Shown here: positions 37,422 through 46,537 of the stretch, in pieces
How positions within the stretch are numbered: the stretch's first letter is position 1
Layout of the letters: the number at the start of each line of letters is the position of its first letter
NCBI GenBank assembly: GCA_049521055.1
Contig: JBEKPE010000002.1
Span: 1-61,240, forward strand
Length of the DNA: 61,240 nucleotides
Reading direction: 5' to 3'
From: Candidatus Bathyarchaeia archaeon
GTDB lineage: Archaea > Thermoproteota > Bathyarchaeia > 40CM-2-53-6
Program-made: the position numbers and the translations under genes
The notes under the pieces: generated by a model
Told to the model about the DNA's origin: nothing
The model's input: only the letters and a program-made list of their open reading frames with translations
Databases searched by the model: none

Positions 37422-40193
37422 ATGTCAGCTACCGGCCGAGCCCTGAGAAAAGCTCGAAGCGTCATGGGCAAGTACGTAAACCGCGAAGTACTCGCGGAAC
37501 GAGTCGACGGCATCCGCAAAGCAGCGTCAGGAGTTTCACGTGGGACCGTTCTTGAATACATAGCCCTCGGACTGATTGTGATCATCGCCCTAGCTGTTCG
37601 ATTGATGCCGATTCGCTGGGGATACTACCTCAACGAATTTGACCCATACCTCCAGTGGCGGATGGCACAATTCACGGTCGATCACGGTTTTCTCGCTTGG
37701 TTCCAATGGCATGACAGCATGAGCTGGTTCCCGTACGGTGCCGACATGCCGACTTGGAACTTGTACGGCGAAGCGTTCGTTGTCGCTGCCATAGTAATGT
37801 TGCTACGTTTCATGGGGATAGGAGTTGCAGTGTTCGACGTAGCCATGGTCTTTCCGATTGTTGCAGGAACAATTACAGTGTTGATCGCATATTTCCTTGG
37901 AAAGGATTTCTGGGGAAAAGGCGCTGGGATGTTAACTGCCCTGTTCTTAGCATTGAACCCTAGCAGCATCGGTCGAACTCAACTTGGTTTCCTGCGTCAC
38001 GAGCCCCTTGGGATTCTTCTAATGCTTGTGATCTTTCTCTCCTTCCGTCGAGCAACAGTTTCCAGTTCCTCAACACGCAAAACAATCGCGTACTCAGTGA
38101 TAGCGGGCTTCTCGCTTTTCTATCTCGCAGCAGAGTGGGCAGGGTCCCTCTTCCCGCTAGATTTGATCCCCCTTTACGTCGTTATCCTCGTCTTGATTGG
38201 GCGCTACTCGAAGAAACTGTTCCTCAGCTATTCCCTATCAATGGGAATCTTCCTTCTCTTCACTCCGTTTCTGGTCCCGAAACTCGGATTCGGTTCACTT
38301 ACTGACCTCACGTGGTTGGCGGTTCTCGCCGGGGAACTCGTACTGGTAGCTCGGGAAGCATCCTCATACCTCGAAAGTACCAGGATGCGGCTGTACACGT
38401 TAGCAGCCGTTGTATTGGGGACTGGAGCACTAGTCTTAGCCCTTTCTTACTTCAACATCGCTCTAATACCGTACGGCAAATTCTACGCAGTTATCAACCC
38501 CTTCGTTCGCGGCGATGTTCCGATAATCGCTAGCGTCGCAGAGCACCAACCTGCAACTTGGGGGAGTTTCTTCTATGAATTCGGTGCCATAACTTTTCTA
38601 ATTCTATTCGGAATAGTGTTCGTAATCCAGAGGGGTAGAAACGAAGACATATTCACCATCCTCTGGGCTGTAACTGGGGTCTACTTCGCCGCTTCATTCG
38701 TGCGACTGACATTGTTACTCGCCCCCGTCTTCTGTATTCTGGGTGCAATTGGTACGGTTGAGTTAGGCAAGCCCGCCGTTGACATCGTGCGGGAAGCCGT
38801 CATCTATCCAAAACGCAAAACTCGAGTAATCTCCAGAATAGGACGAGAGTTTGGAGTCGCCATCTTCCTCATTTTACTGATCGCCATAATTCCAACCTTC
38901 TGGACCGCCGTGCGTGGATCATACCAACCCGCAACCATAGTCACATCCAGCATCCCGACGGCACCCGCAGCCGGAAATGAGCTGAAATACCAGGATTGGC
39001 TCGAAGCGTTATCGTGGATGCGACTGAACACGCCCCCAGGCTCAGTTGTTTTCGCATGGTGGGACTATGGCTACTGGATAACGGCACTCGGGGATCGCAG
39101 TACAATTGCGGATAATGGAACTCAAAACTCGACTCAGATAGGAATGATTGCCCAGACTTTCCTCGATAACATCACGTTTGCACTCCCTAACCTCCAACGT
39201 TACAATGTCTCGTACGTAGCGATCTTCATCACCCCCTCGGGCGGTACCTCGGGAGGTTGGCAAGGGTTCGGTGAAGACGGCAAATGGTATTGGATGGCGC
39301 GCATCGGGAACAATACCATGTGGAACAACAAATATCAAATCACGTTCAAAGAAACAAGCACTAATCCTCAGACCGGAGCAAGCGATTACGCACGGATAGT
39401 CACGGACCCAAAAACTAAGACGATCGTAAGCAACGACACAATCACGACCAGTGCACAGCTGAACACGAATTCGATGCTCGGTTACATGATGACCGTAACC
39501 ACAGCGAATACGCAAACTACACCATCCCCTTACCTCACTCAAGTATTCTCGTCCTCAAACAAGTTCGTATACTTGTTCAAAGTGAACTTGATCAAATCAA
39601 GCTTCATCACGATGCGCCCAGTCAAAACGCCAATCGTATACGGCACTCCGGTGGTCATGTCAGGAAACATTACCGATACTAATGGAGCCCCGCTCTCCTC
39701 GCAACCCGTGCAAGTCGTCTTGGAATCGTCTGTCGATAGCGGACAGTCGTGGCAACAAATCGGGACCGTTAATGCTGCACCAAACGGCGCGTATAACTAC
39801 ACGGCGCTCCCGAACGCGGGCACATACTTAATCCGTGCCCATTACGTTGGCACCGTAACTTACGGTGACGTCGTCTCAACGCCCGAATCGATCTTCGTCG
39901 CAAAAGCGAACGCCACCCTAACCCTATCAACCTCACCCGCTACATTCAGCCAGGGTCAAAACATCACAGTGACCCTAACACTTTCACCCTACGTCACGGG
40001 CACGAACGTAACCGTTGCATACACTTTCGACAACAAGACGTTCACCCCGATCGACACGGTATTCATGACCGCACAGACAATGAGCTTCACCTGGAAAGCC
40101 GATGTTCCAGGAACTTTCATGTTGGTTGCGACGCTGCAGGCAGGTGTGAATTATAACCCTGCCACCGCATACCTCACGATCCGCAGATCGTAA
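37422..40193 (+). CDS. aglB: Oligosaccharyltransferase STT3/AglB with C-terminal Ig-like extension
   Basis: EFDP, SVAEHQP, WWDYG, DNGT, EDGKWYWMARIG (DK-type motif), about 13 TM segments, and a beta-rich C-terminal ~200 aa. Confidence 0.95.
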   Translation: MSATGRALRKARSVMGKYVNREVLAERVDGIRKAASGVSRGTVLEYIALGLIVIIALAVRLMPIRWGYYLNEFDPYLQWRMAQFTVDHGFLAWFQWHDSMSWFPYGADMPTWNLYGEAFVVAAIVMLLRFMGIGVAVFDVAMVFPIVAGTITVLIAYFLGKDFWGKGAGMLTALFLALNPSSIGRTQLGFLRHEPLGILLMLVIFLSFRRATVSSSSTRKTIAYSVIAGFSLFYLAAEWAGSLFPLDLIPLYVVILVLIGRYSKKLFLSYSLSMGIFLLFTPFLVPKLGFGSLTDLTWLAVLAGELVLVAREASSYLESTRMRLYTLAAVVLGTGALVLALSYFNIALIPYGKFYAVINPFVRGDVPIIASVAEHQPATWGSFFYEFGAITFLILFGIVFVIQRGRNEDIFTILWAVTGVYFAASFVRLTLLLAPVFCILGAIGTVELGKPAVDIVREAVIYPKRKTRVISRIGREFGVAIFLILLIAIIPTFWTAVRGSYQPATIVTSSIPTAPAAGNELKYQDWLEALSWMRLNTPPGSVVFAWWDYGYWITALGDRSTIADNGTQNSTQIGMIAQTFLDNITFALPNLQRYNVSYVAIFITPSGGTSGGWQGFGEDGKWYWMARIGNNTMWNNKYQITFKETSTNPQTGASDYARIVTDPKTKTIVSNDTITTSAQLNTNSMLGYMMTVTTANTQTTPSPYLTQVFSSSNKFVYLFKVNLIKSSFITMRPVKTPIVYGTPVVMSGNITDTNGAPLSSQPVQVVLESSVDSGQSWQQIGTVNAAPNGAYNYTALPNAGTYLIRAHYVGTVTYGDVVSTPESIFVAKANATLTLSTSPATFSQGQNITVTLTLSPYVTGTNVTVAYTFDNKTFTPIDTVFMTAQTMSFTWKADVPGTFMLVATLQAGVNYNPATAYLTIRRS

Positions 40194-40230
40194 GCAAGGA
40201 ACAGCGGTTCCGGAGCGGAACGAGCCGTTC

Positions 40231-40383
40231 TCACGGGTTCTCTGGTTGACGTAGTTTGGCGTATTTGTCGTGCGGGGAGAATCTAGTCGGGTGTGGGGTA
40301 ACGGTTTGTGTTCCGCATTTAGGGCAATTAGGCTTCATTGTATATGTTTTGCAGGTAGGACATTTTCTTATGAGCCACTTCAA
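40231..40383 (-). CDS. nop10: H/ACA RNP protein Nop10 (absent from the ORF track)
   Basis: Translated by hand as MKWLIRKCPTCKTYTMKPNCPKCGTQTVTPHPTRFSPHDKYAKLRQPENP*. The TTG start overlaps the aIF2a stop. Confidence 0.95.
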   Translation of the reverse strand: MKWLIRKCPTCKTYTMKPNCPKCGTQTVTPHPTRFSPHDKYAKLRQPENP

Positions 40384-41162
40384 CCTAGTTTGCGTCCTTC
40401 GCCGCCGAGGCCCTTGATCGCGTTTAATGCTTCCTCCAAGGCGAGGTTCAGCGTAGCCTGAGCGTCCGTTATTTCCTTGCTTCTGACCTCAAACCGGTAT
40501 TTCGGGGACCCAAGCGTGTAGACTTTAATCGTGGTCCCGCGCGATTTCTTGACCTTTTTCGCCCCACGCAATGCTTGTCGAATCGCTTCAACGCCATCAG
40601 TCTTTACGCATGTGAGTTCTACCGTCCCCGTAACCTTAGCTTTCTCCAGCCTGATCTTGCTTCTAGCCACCTCGGTTAGTGCCTTGGCCCAATCCTCAGC
40701 TATTCCCAGCTTGGTGAAAGTTTCTTCTCCCTCATCCGTTGCCTCCTCAAACGCGTCGAAGGGATTGTCGAATTTCTCGTAGATCACGTCTCTAATCTTT
40801 GCTACGTCTTCGTCTCCGACTTGCAGTCGTTCAGCTGCACCTTTGATTATAGAGTCCGCCTTCTTCACTTTCTTCCATTCAAGCATCTTCTCGGATTTTT
40901 CACGTCCGGTGACTCTGCGGAGTGAAAGGTCAACTTGGAAGCGTTGGGGGCTTACCCGTAAGACTTTCAGGGCGAGTTTTTGGCCTGGCCTCACGTGGAC
41001 TCTAATGTTCTTTACGTATGTGCTTGCGATTTCTGAAATGTGGATTAAGCCTTCGACGCCGTCGTACTCGTCGAGTTTGACATATGCCCCGTAATCCACA
41101 ACACGTGTGACACTGGCTACAACTAGGTCGCCGACTTCAGGATATTCAACGGGGCTCGACAT
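40380..41162 (-). CDS. eif2a: Translation initiation factor aIF-2 alpha
   Basis: YPEVGDLV, S1 domain GAYVKLDEY..EGLIHISE, VDLSLRRV, YTLGSPKYR. Confidence 0.97.
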   Translation of the reverse strand: MSSPVEYPEVGDLVVASVTRVVDYGAYVKLDEYDGVEGLIHISEIASTYVKNIRVHVRPGQKLALKVLRVSPQRFQVDLSLRRVTGREKSEKMLEWKKVKKADSIIKGAAERLQVGDEDVAKIRDVIYEKFDNPFDAFEEATDEGEETFTKLGIAEDWAKALTEVARSKIRLEKAKVTGTVELTCVKTDGVEAIRQALRGAKKVKKSRGTTIKVYTLGSPKYRFEVRSKEITDAQATLNLALEEALNAIKGLGGEGRKLG

Positions 41163-41175
41163 CGTTTTCACCAAT

Positions 41176-41370
41176 TTATCCGAGGACTTGAACTACTTCA
41201 GACTTGAGCGTTGCTTTTCCGCCAGTGGGATCCGCTAGCACTTCATTGCAGACTGAGCAGTGCGGGGCGAGGGATGGCCGGTCAAATATAACTTGTTCAT
41301 TCGCACACTTCGGGCACTTGACTCTGATGAAGTTGCTCTGAGGTTTCGGGATTAATTCTCCTTTAACCAC
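41176..41370 (-). CDS. rps27e: 30S ribosomal protein S27e
   Basis: SNFIRVKCPKC.NEQVIF...C..C...LA.PTGGKA. Confidence 0.96.
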   Translation of the reverse strand: MVKGELIPKPQSNFIRVKCPKCANEQVIFDRPSLAPHCSVCNEVLADPTGGKATLKSEVVQVLG

Positions 41371-41533
41371 TTCTCATTCCCAACCTACTGAAGAAGCTGC
41401 CAGAGAGGAACCATGCAACATAAGGCTTCTGTTACCTCTACGGTTGACGGGCTGGTTTAACAGAACCCAACATGCGTATTCTGCTCAGGTAATCGATTAC
41501 AGGCAGAGTCGCCTGACGCAAGGCGGATAATGC
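41371..41533. ncRNA. Candidate structured RNA in the L44e-S27e spacer
   Basis: Three stems: TTCTGTTA/TAACAGAA; TCTGC/GCAGA enclosing the palindrome GTAATCGATTAC; and CGCCT/AGGCG. Confidence 0.35.
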
Positions 41534-41809
41534 CTAAGTGAGGTCTAGCTTGCGCAGCCTAATTCCCAATCTGAAGACCACCGAATCGCAAGTTCGGCAG
41601 GTAAGTCTGAGCAACATTTTCTTCGTAGTCTTAGCCGTCCTTTTGAGTTTCGGAAACTTTTGGCCGCCATACCCGTGTTCATCGCGATCGTGACGTCTAT
41701 TGCCGACGGCCATTGCCCTATCCTTGCCTTTCTTGTATATCGACACTTGGTGATCAGTATGGGTTTTGCATTTAGGACAGAAGGTCCTCATTTCTTTAGG
41801 CGCTTTCAT
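41534..41809 (-). CDS. rpl44e: 50S ribosomal protein L44e
   Basis: RTFCPKCKTHT, GYGGQKFP, AKTTKK..LRL.C..C. Confidence 0.97.
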   Translation of the reverse strand: MKAPKEMRTFCPKCKTHTDHQVSIYKKGKDRAMAVGNRRHDRDEHGYGGQKFPKLKRTAKTTKKMLLRLTCRTCDSVVFRLGIRLRKLDLT

Positions 41810-41850
41810 ACTGATCCGCTCGAATTTAGTACTAGCCCTGCGCGTTCTAT

Positions 41851-42441
41851 TTATTGTTGATGGCGGTTCGCGTCATCTTCCTTCGCGGTTTTGTGAAAGT
41901 TTCTTACTTCAATTTCCTTCGCGGCACCTTGCATAACCAAAGCCCGGGCATTTTGGTTAGGTAGCGAGCCGACATCTTCTTTCTTGTAGGGCCCGTAAAT
42001 TTTCAAGTCAGTCCCAACTATTTCGGGTATGTCCTGCAGAAATCTCACGACTGACAATTCAATTGGTTCTTCAAATGCAGCGTCTCCGGTGCGAGCAGGC
42101 TCGTTTCTTCCTTGCCCGAAAGCTTTCATCGAGTCCTCAATACCTTTGACCAGAGTCTTTTCTTCATCCGTTAGACCTGTGGCGTCCATATCGCCTTGGC
42201 GTTTGGTGATGCTGACGAGTTTCTGAAGCCTCGCCTCCTTCAATTCCCGTAGAAGCCTGGTTACGACTTCCTTTTCTTTTAGGGCGAGGCGGCCCTGAAG
42301 TGTGTGTTCCTCCAAAGATGCGGAATCCTGCTCCAAACCATTCAGGTAAGCCTGAACCCTTCGATAGAAATCGCCCGCGAGAGGTTGAGCCTTCTCAGAA
42401 CTCTTCTCGGACTTCCATGCCTTGTACAGCTCGTTATACAA
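41851..42441 (-). CDS. gins15: GINS complex protein Gins15
   Basis: Helical A domain followed by the B domain VRFLQDIPEIVGTDLKIYGP...NARALV. Canonical position next to priS. Confidence 0.88.
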   Translation of the reverse strand: MYNELYKAWKSEKSSEKAQPLAGDFYRRVQAYLNGLEQDSASLEEHTLQGRLALKEKEVVTRLLRELKEARLQKLVSITKRQGDMDATGLTDEEKTLVKGIEDSMKAFGQGRNEPARTGDAAFEEPIELSVVRFLQDIPEIVGTDLKIYGPYKKEDVGSLPNQNARALVMQGAAKEIEVRNFHKTAKEDDANRHQQ

Positions 42442-42443
42442 GC

Positions 42444-43775
42444 CTAGTTCACCGGTGATGCTACACCTTTTGCTACAAGCAGTACGGCGGCAGCAAGTGG
42501 CAATTCAACTTTCTCATCGGCGTAGGGACCGAAGGTTTGACCCCGAAGCCTCAGTTCGGGGGCTTCCGTAATCTCAACTTTTTGTGTTCCTTCAAAAACG
42601 ACGGGTTCATAGAATGGGTCAAATTCCTCTAGGCGGTCCAATTTAACTACTGTAGCTTTCAGGCCGGTCTTTCCATTTAGCGTGCCCGGCATCCTGATCA
42701 ACCTGTGAACGTCGGTAGTGACGACAGTGTCTATCTTCGCGGGTAGCGCGACTAGGCTCATCGCTTTTTCGACAATGTTCCTCCAGATTTTTTCGTTGAT
42801 TCTCCATTTATCTTGAAATGAGCTCCATAGCATCTTTCTCGACCATTCAGTTCTAATTCGTTGACGGTCGTTCAGGATCTGGGTGGCTGCGCCACGCGTG
42901 AAGCCAAGCTCAACTAGTGAATTTTGATCCCACTCTGTGAGAATCTGGTATACACCTCGCGCCAGCCTGCCCCGCCAACCTAGATCGGTTAGGTCAGGGC
43001 CAACTATGATCGGGTGTTTGCTGTCGAATAGGTCCTGGTACAAACCCTGCTCCGCAGGGTCTAGCCCCAGCGCCATCACATAATCCACTATCTCTCTTCT
43101 TTGCACGTCGTCTAATGTCTTCAAACTGTCCGAGACCACGTGAAGGTGGTATCCCCTGTGGCCTGAAAAGAAAAGATGTATTTCGTTTGATTTGATCCCG
43201 AAATCTTCCCCGAGAAATTCTAGAAGCTTTAGTACCTCTTCCTTAGCCGCGATGAGGCAACGGTCGCAAAGCCACGCTTTTTCATCGAGCTTTTCGTTCC
43301 CACATTTAGGACATTTTAGAGGTTTTTTTCCCCTCCTTGTTTCTTTGCAGCTCGTGCAGACCCACATGTCATGCGTCTCCTTGCATGGGGTATCAATATG
43401 GTCCGCGTCGACATCGAAAACCACGTCCGAGCCCAGCCACCCTTTTCTTTCCATCTCAAGGTCCGGGTGCTGATAGTAAGCCGTTGAGTAGTAAACGTCG
43501 GAGGGCGCGAGTGATAGCAGCGAGTTGGTAAACAGACTGAAATCATTGAACGCCTTATGTCTCACCATCACACGTTCGCGGAAGAGTAAGAAACCGAATT
43601 CTCGTTCCACCATTGACGGTGGAGGACTAAGGGACGCAACATTTTCTTTGTAGTATTCTTGGAATTTGAGTTTGAGAAATTCGAAGCGTTGCGTTTGCGT
43701 ATTGGCTTGCAAATTCTTCCCATCGATTCGTGGAGGTCTCAGATCTTCGCGAATGCCGTGTGGGGCGTCGAGCAT
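42444..43775 (-). CDS. priS: DNA primase small (catalytic) subunit with Zn-binding insertion
   Basis: REFGF, VYYS.AYY, FDVDAD, FSGHRGYH, IDTVVTTDVHRLIRMPGTL. The start may be TTG 43712. Confidence 0.94.
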   Translation of the reverse strand: MLDAPHGIREDLRPPRIDGKNLQANTQTQRFEFLKLKFQEYYKENVASLSPPPSMVEREFGFLLFRERVMVRHKAFNDFSLFTNSLLSLAPSDVYYSTAYYQHPDLEMERKGWLGSDVVFDVDADHIDTPCKETHDMWVCTSCKETRRGKKPLKCPKCGNEKLDEKAWLCDRCLIAAKEEVLKLLEFLGEDFGIKSNEIHLFFSGHRGYHLHVVSDSLKTLDDVQRREIVDYVMALGLDPAEQGLYQDLFDSKHPIIVGPDLTDLGWRGRLARGVYQILTEWDQNSLVELGFTRGAATQILNDRQRIRTEWSRKMLWSSFQDKWRINEKIWRNIVEKAMSLVALPAKIDTVVTTDVHRLIRMPGTLNGKTGLKATVVKLDRLEEFDPFYEPVVFEGTQKVEITEAPELRLRGQTFGPYADEKVELPLAAAVLLVAKGVASPVN

Positions 43776-43838
43776 ATAGCTTTACCATGCGCTCAGTTCA
43801 TAAGCGGGCTCAGAGACTCATTTGAATGGTTGATTGAG

Positions 43839-44153
43839 ATGAGCGAAGGCTACGCAAAGGTCGGCCAAGTTGCCGATTTTCCAGCAGGATCTCTCAAGAA
43901 AGTAACAGTGGGTGTGGATGAAGTGGTCGTCGCCAACGTTGGAGGTAAGCTGTATGCAATTACGGATAAGTGCACTCATAGGGGAGGCCCCCTCAACGAA
44001 GGGGAACTTGAGGGCAACACTATAATCTGCCCCTGGCACGGCGGCAAATTTGATGTTACCACCGGAAAAGTCGTTAGCCCGCCTCCTATGAAGGACGAAG
44101 TCTCCTTCTCCGTAAGAATCGAAGGCACCGACGTACTGCTCAAGAAGATGTAG
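43839..44153 (+). CDS. Rieske [2Fe-2S] ferredoxin
   Basis: CTHRGGPL and CPWHGGKFD. ATG 43839 used as the start. Confidence 0.92.
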   Translation: MSEGYAKVGQVADFPAGSLKKVTVGVDEVVVANVGGKLYAITDKCTHRGGPLNEGELEGNTIICPWHGGKFDVTTGKVVSPPPMKDEVSFSVRIEGTDVLLKKM

Positions 44154-44161
44154 CCGCGGAA

Positions 44162-46534
44162 TTAGCTAAGCTTTCTTCTCGCAAATACAACAGCCGAGAG
44201 CACAACAACCGTCGAGATTACAATTACCTCAGAGAATGTTTGCTCTGAAATGGTTAGAGTGTAAACTGCGGTTATGGATTTCGGACCATCCATCAAAATC
44301 AGATTCGAACGGGTAACGCCGTTAGTTGTAGCCCAGTAGCTCAGAACGTACGCGGAACCTAGATAACCTGAAAGGCCGGGGGCGGGCACAATTTCTGGTG
44401 CGGCTACAGTCGCGTTGCTGTTTGCGGCATACCATCCGCTGCCACTAGTCGGACCAAAGCGTGAGATGACTGTGAGCAAATATTGTGGATTGTAATTGAT
44501 TATGATCAGAGGATTCGATGTGCCCGTGGAACTCGCGTTCTGATATTCGTAGCGAGTATCGGCGCTTGCTTGGATTTGGTGGTCGAAAGAGACATTTGGA
44601 GTCGACCCTTTGAGATAGTAGACGTCAGCCCACGAACCTCCAGAAATTTGCATGATTTCACTGCCGTTCACGCGGACGGGAACCTGGAGCGCGGAAGGAA
44701 GTCCAATGATCACCAATGTCTGTCTGAAGAGACCTGTTGCGGTCCGTGCGTCTAGTTTTCCGAAGCCCCAGATTGCGGAACCATCTGTAACTATCCCAGT
44801 GTTCGAATCAAGCCGTGCTGTTTCCCGGAGTATTCCCGGAATATCGGTCGCTTGAATGTTGGGCGCGTATTGGAGCATGAGAGCGATGGTGCCGGCCACG
44901 TGTGGGGTAGCCATGCTAGTGCCCGCCAGAACCCTGTGGTATCGGTCGGGGTCACTCTGAGTTTGGGGTACGGCGCTTGACCTTGCCGAGACTATGACTT
45001 CACCCGGAGCAACGATATCAGGTTTGGTCCGGCCGTCCCTGGTTGGGCCGAGAGAGCTGAAAGACGAGATCCCACCTATGGGAATATCCGTTCGCCCGTA
45101 GGTGTTTCCGTCCATTCCCACCCACGAAGTCTTTGTGATGTATGAGCCAACGGTTACGACGTTCCTAGCTGTGGCGGGTATACCGATCGTATCCTGAGAA
45201 TCAACCATGTACCCATCTCCCGGGAGGAAGACTGAGCCCGGAAAAGTGCATGTTGCGGAATCGGTCCACGCGTTCCAGAATCCCTGAGAGTGAACTTGGT
45301 CCGCTACCAAGCTCACTCCCCAACCATCAAGTGGTAAGGGATTGGTCGAGTTAACCTCGATATAGAGTTCGTTGCCGTTAGGGAAGGAGGTTGTGGTTGT
45401 GTTGAGTAGGCCGAAGCTGGTAACTATTCCTCCGGGCACGGTTAACACCGGGTAGGATCTACCGTCAGGTGCGTGTAGTGTCGCCGAGATTTGATCCTGT
45501 GAGGAATACCAAATGTCTATGGCTACGTCGATGGTTGTTTGCTTAAACTCAAGTTGGAAGGTAGTGTTTTGGCCTTGGGATATTTGCCCGTCGATGTGGT
45601 CTTGATCCTCCGCTGCGTTGCCTGCAGCAACAACGATTGGTGTCCCGGCTTTGACGAAGGCGTCGAGGGCACGTTCGAATGGGTCGGTGCCGTCGTGGGC
45701 GCCAATGTTGCCGCCTAAGCTCAGGCTGACGACTAAACGCATCCTAAGTGAGGCAGCTTTCCTGACCATGTAGCTTATGCCGTCGAGAATCTGGTTCGTG
45801 TTGAAGGTCCAGCTATCCCCATTACACACCTCATAGCCGCTCTTCACGAAGATTATGCTTGCACCCGGCGCGACGCCGGTGTAGTTACCAGTCGCCATAC
45901 CAGAGCTGGCTGCGATTCCGGCCACATGTGTCCCATGCCCAAACGTGTCCTTCTCGGGGCACGTTCTCGCTTGTATGTCCGCCGATGTGCACTCGTAGCC
46001 GTAGTTGAACCCTGACGGCGGGCGGCCTGTCGTGGTCTGGTCCCACACGTACAGAATTTTGGTCGTGCCGTTGGGGAAAGTGAAATCGGGGTGGGCCGTG
46101 TCGATTCCAGTATCCACAAACCCAACAATCACACCTGCCCCGGTAACGTTCTTTCCGAAAGGATCTTTCACCTCATCCCAAACTTGAGGAGCGCCAACAT
46201 CGGGCACGCTCTTGTCGAGTCGGACACTGAGAGGGTACGATTTCTCGATACGAATGATGAATGGAAGCCGGGCCACCTCAGCCAACGCCGCCGAGCTAAT
46301 TTGGATAACCGCCACGGGACCGGCTACGGTGGTAACCGTGCCGTAACTTTCAAGAAGTTGCATATCCGTCGGGGTGAGGTCGTGTTGACTCTCTACCAGA
46401 ACAGAAAAATGGCCAGCACGCGGGATTGAGCCTTGGATGATTACTGGGGCTTGGTGTGAGGGAGTTAGAGGAACCATTCCCCCGAGAAGGATCAGCGTGG
46501 CCAATGAGAGAAGGACTAGGCTTTTCTTGTTCAC
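44162..46534 (-). CDS. Membrane-anchored subtilisin-like S8 serine protease with a split catalytic domain
   Basis: Signal peptide, then VDTGID (Asp), GHGTHVAG (His), AAGN, GTSMATP (Ser), and a C-terminal TM helix plus RRK. Confidence 0.93.
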   Translation of the reverse strand: MNKKSLVLLSLATLILLGGMVPLTPSHQAPVIIQGSIPRAGHFSVLVESQHDLTPTDMQLLESYGTVTTVAGPVAVIQISSAALAEVARLPFIIRIEKSYPLSVRLDKSVPDVGAPQVWDEVKDPFGKNVTGAGVIVGFVDTGIDTAHPDFTFPNGTTKILYVWDQTTTGRPPSGFNYGYECTSADIQARTCPEKDTFGHGTHVAGIAASSGMATGNYTGVAPGASIIFVKSGYEVCNGDSWTFNTNQILDGISYMVRKAASLRMRLVVSLSLGGNIGAHDGTDPFERALDAFVKAGTPIVVAAGNAAEDQDHIDGQISQGQNTTFQLEFKQTTIDVAIDIWYSSQDQISATLHAPDGRSYPVLTVPGGIVTSFGLLNTTTTSFPNGNELYIEVNSTNPLPLDGWGVSLVADQVHSQGFWNAWTDSATCTFPGSVFLPGDGYMVDSQDTIGIPATARNVVTVGSYITKTSWVGMDGNTYGRTDIPIGGISSFSSLGPTRDGRTKPDIVAPGEVIVSARSSAVPQTQSDPDRYHRVLAGTSMATPHVAGTIALMLQYAPNIQATDIPGILRETARLDSNTGIVTDGSAIWGFGKLDARTATGLFRQTLVIIGLPSALQVPVRVNGSEIMQISGGSWADVYYLKGSTPNVSFDHQIQASADTRYEYQNASSTGTSNPLIIINYNPQYLLTVISRFGPTSGSGWYAANSNATVAAPEIVPAPGLSGYLGSAYVLSYWATTNGVTRSNLILMDGPKSITAVYTLTISEQTFSEVIVISTVVVLSAVVFARRKLS

Positions 46535-46537
46535 TGA

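Noticed and set aside
40194-40230. Alternating GAAC/GTTC hairpins between aglB and nop10, and similar 6-bp hairpins near 33199-33216 and 54571-54587
   Set aside because: Their size and position fit ordinary 3'-end structures, and nothing suggests an independent element.
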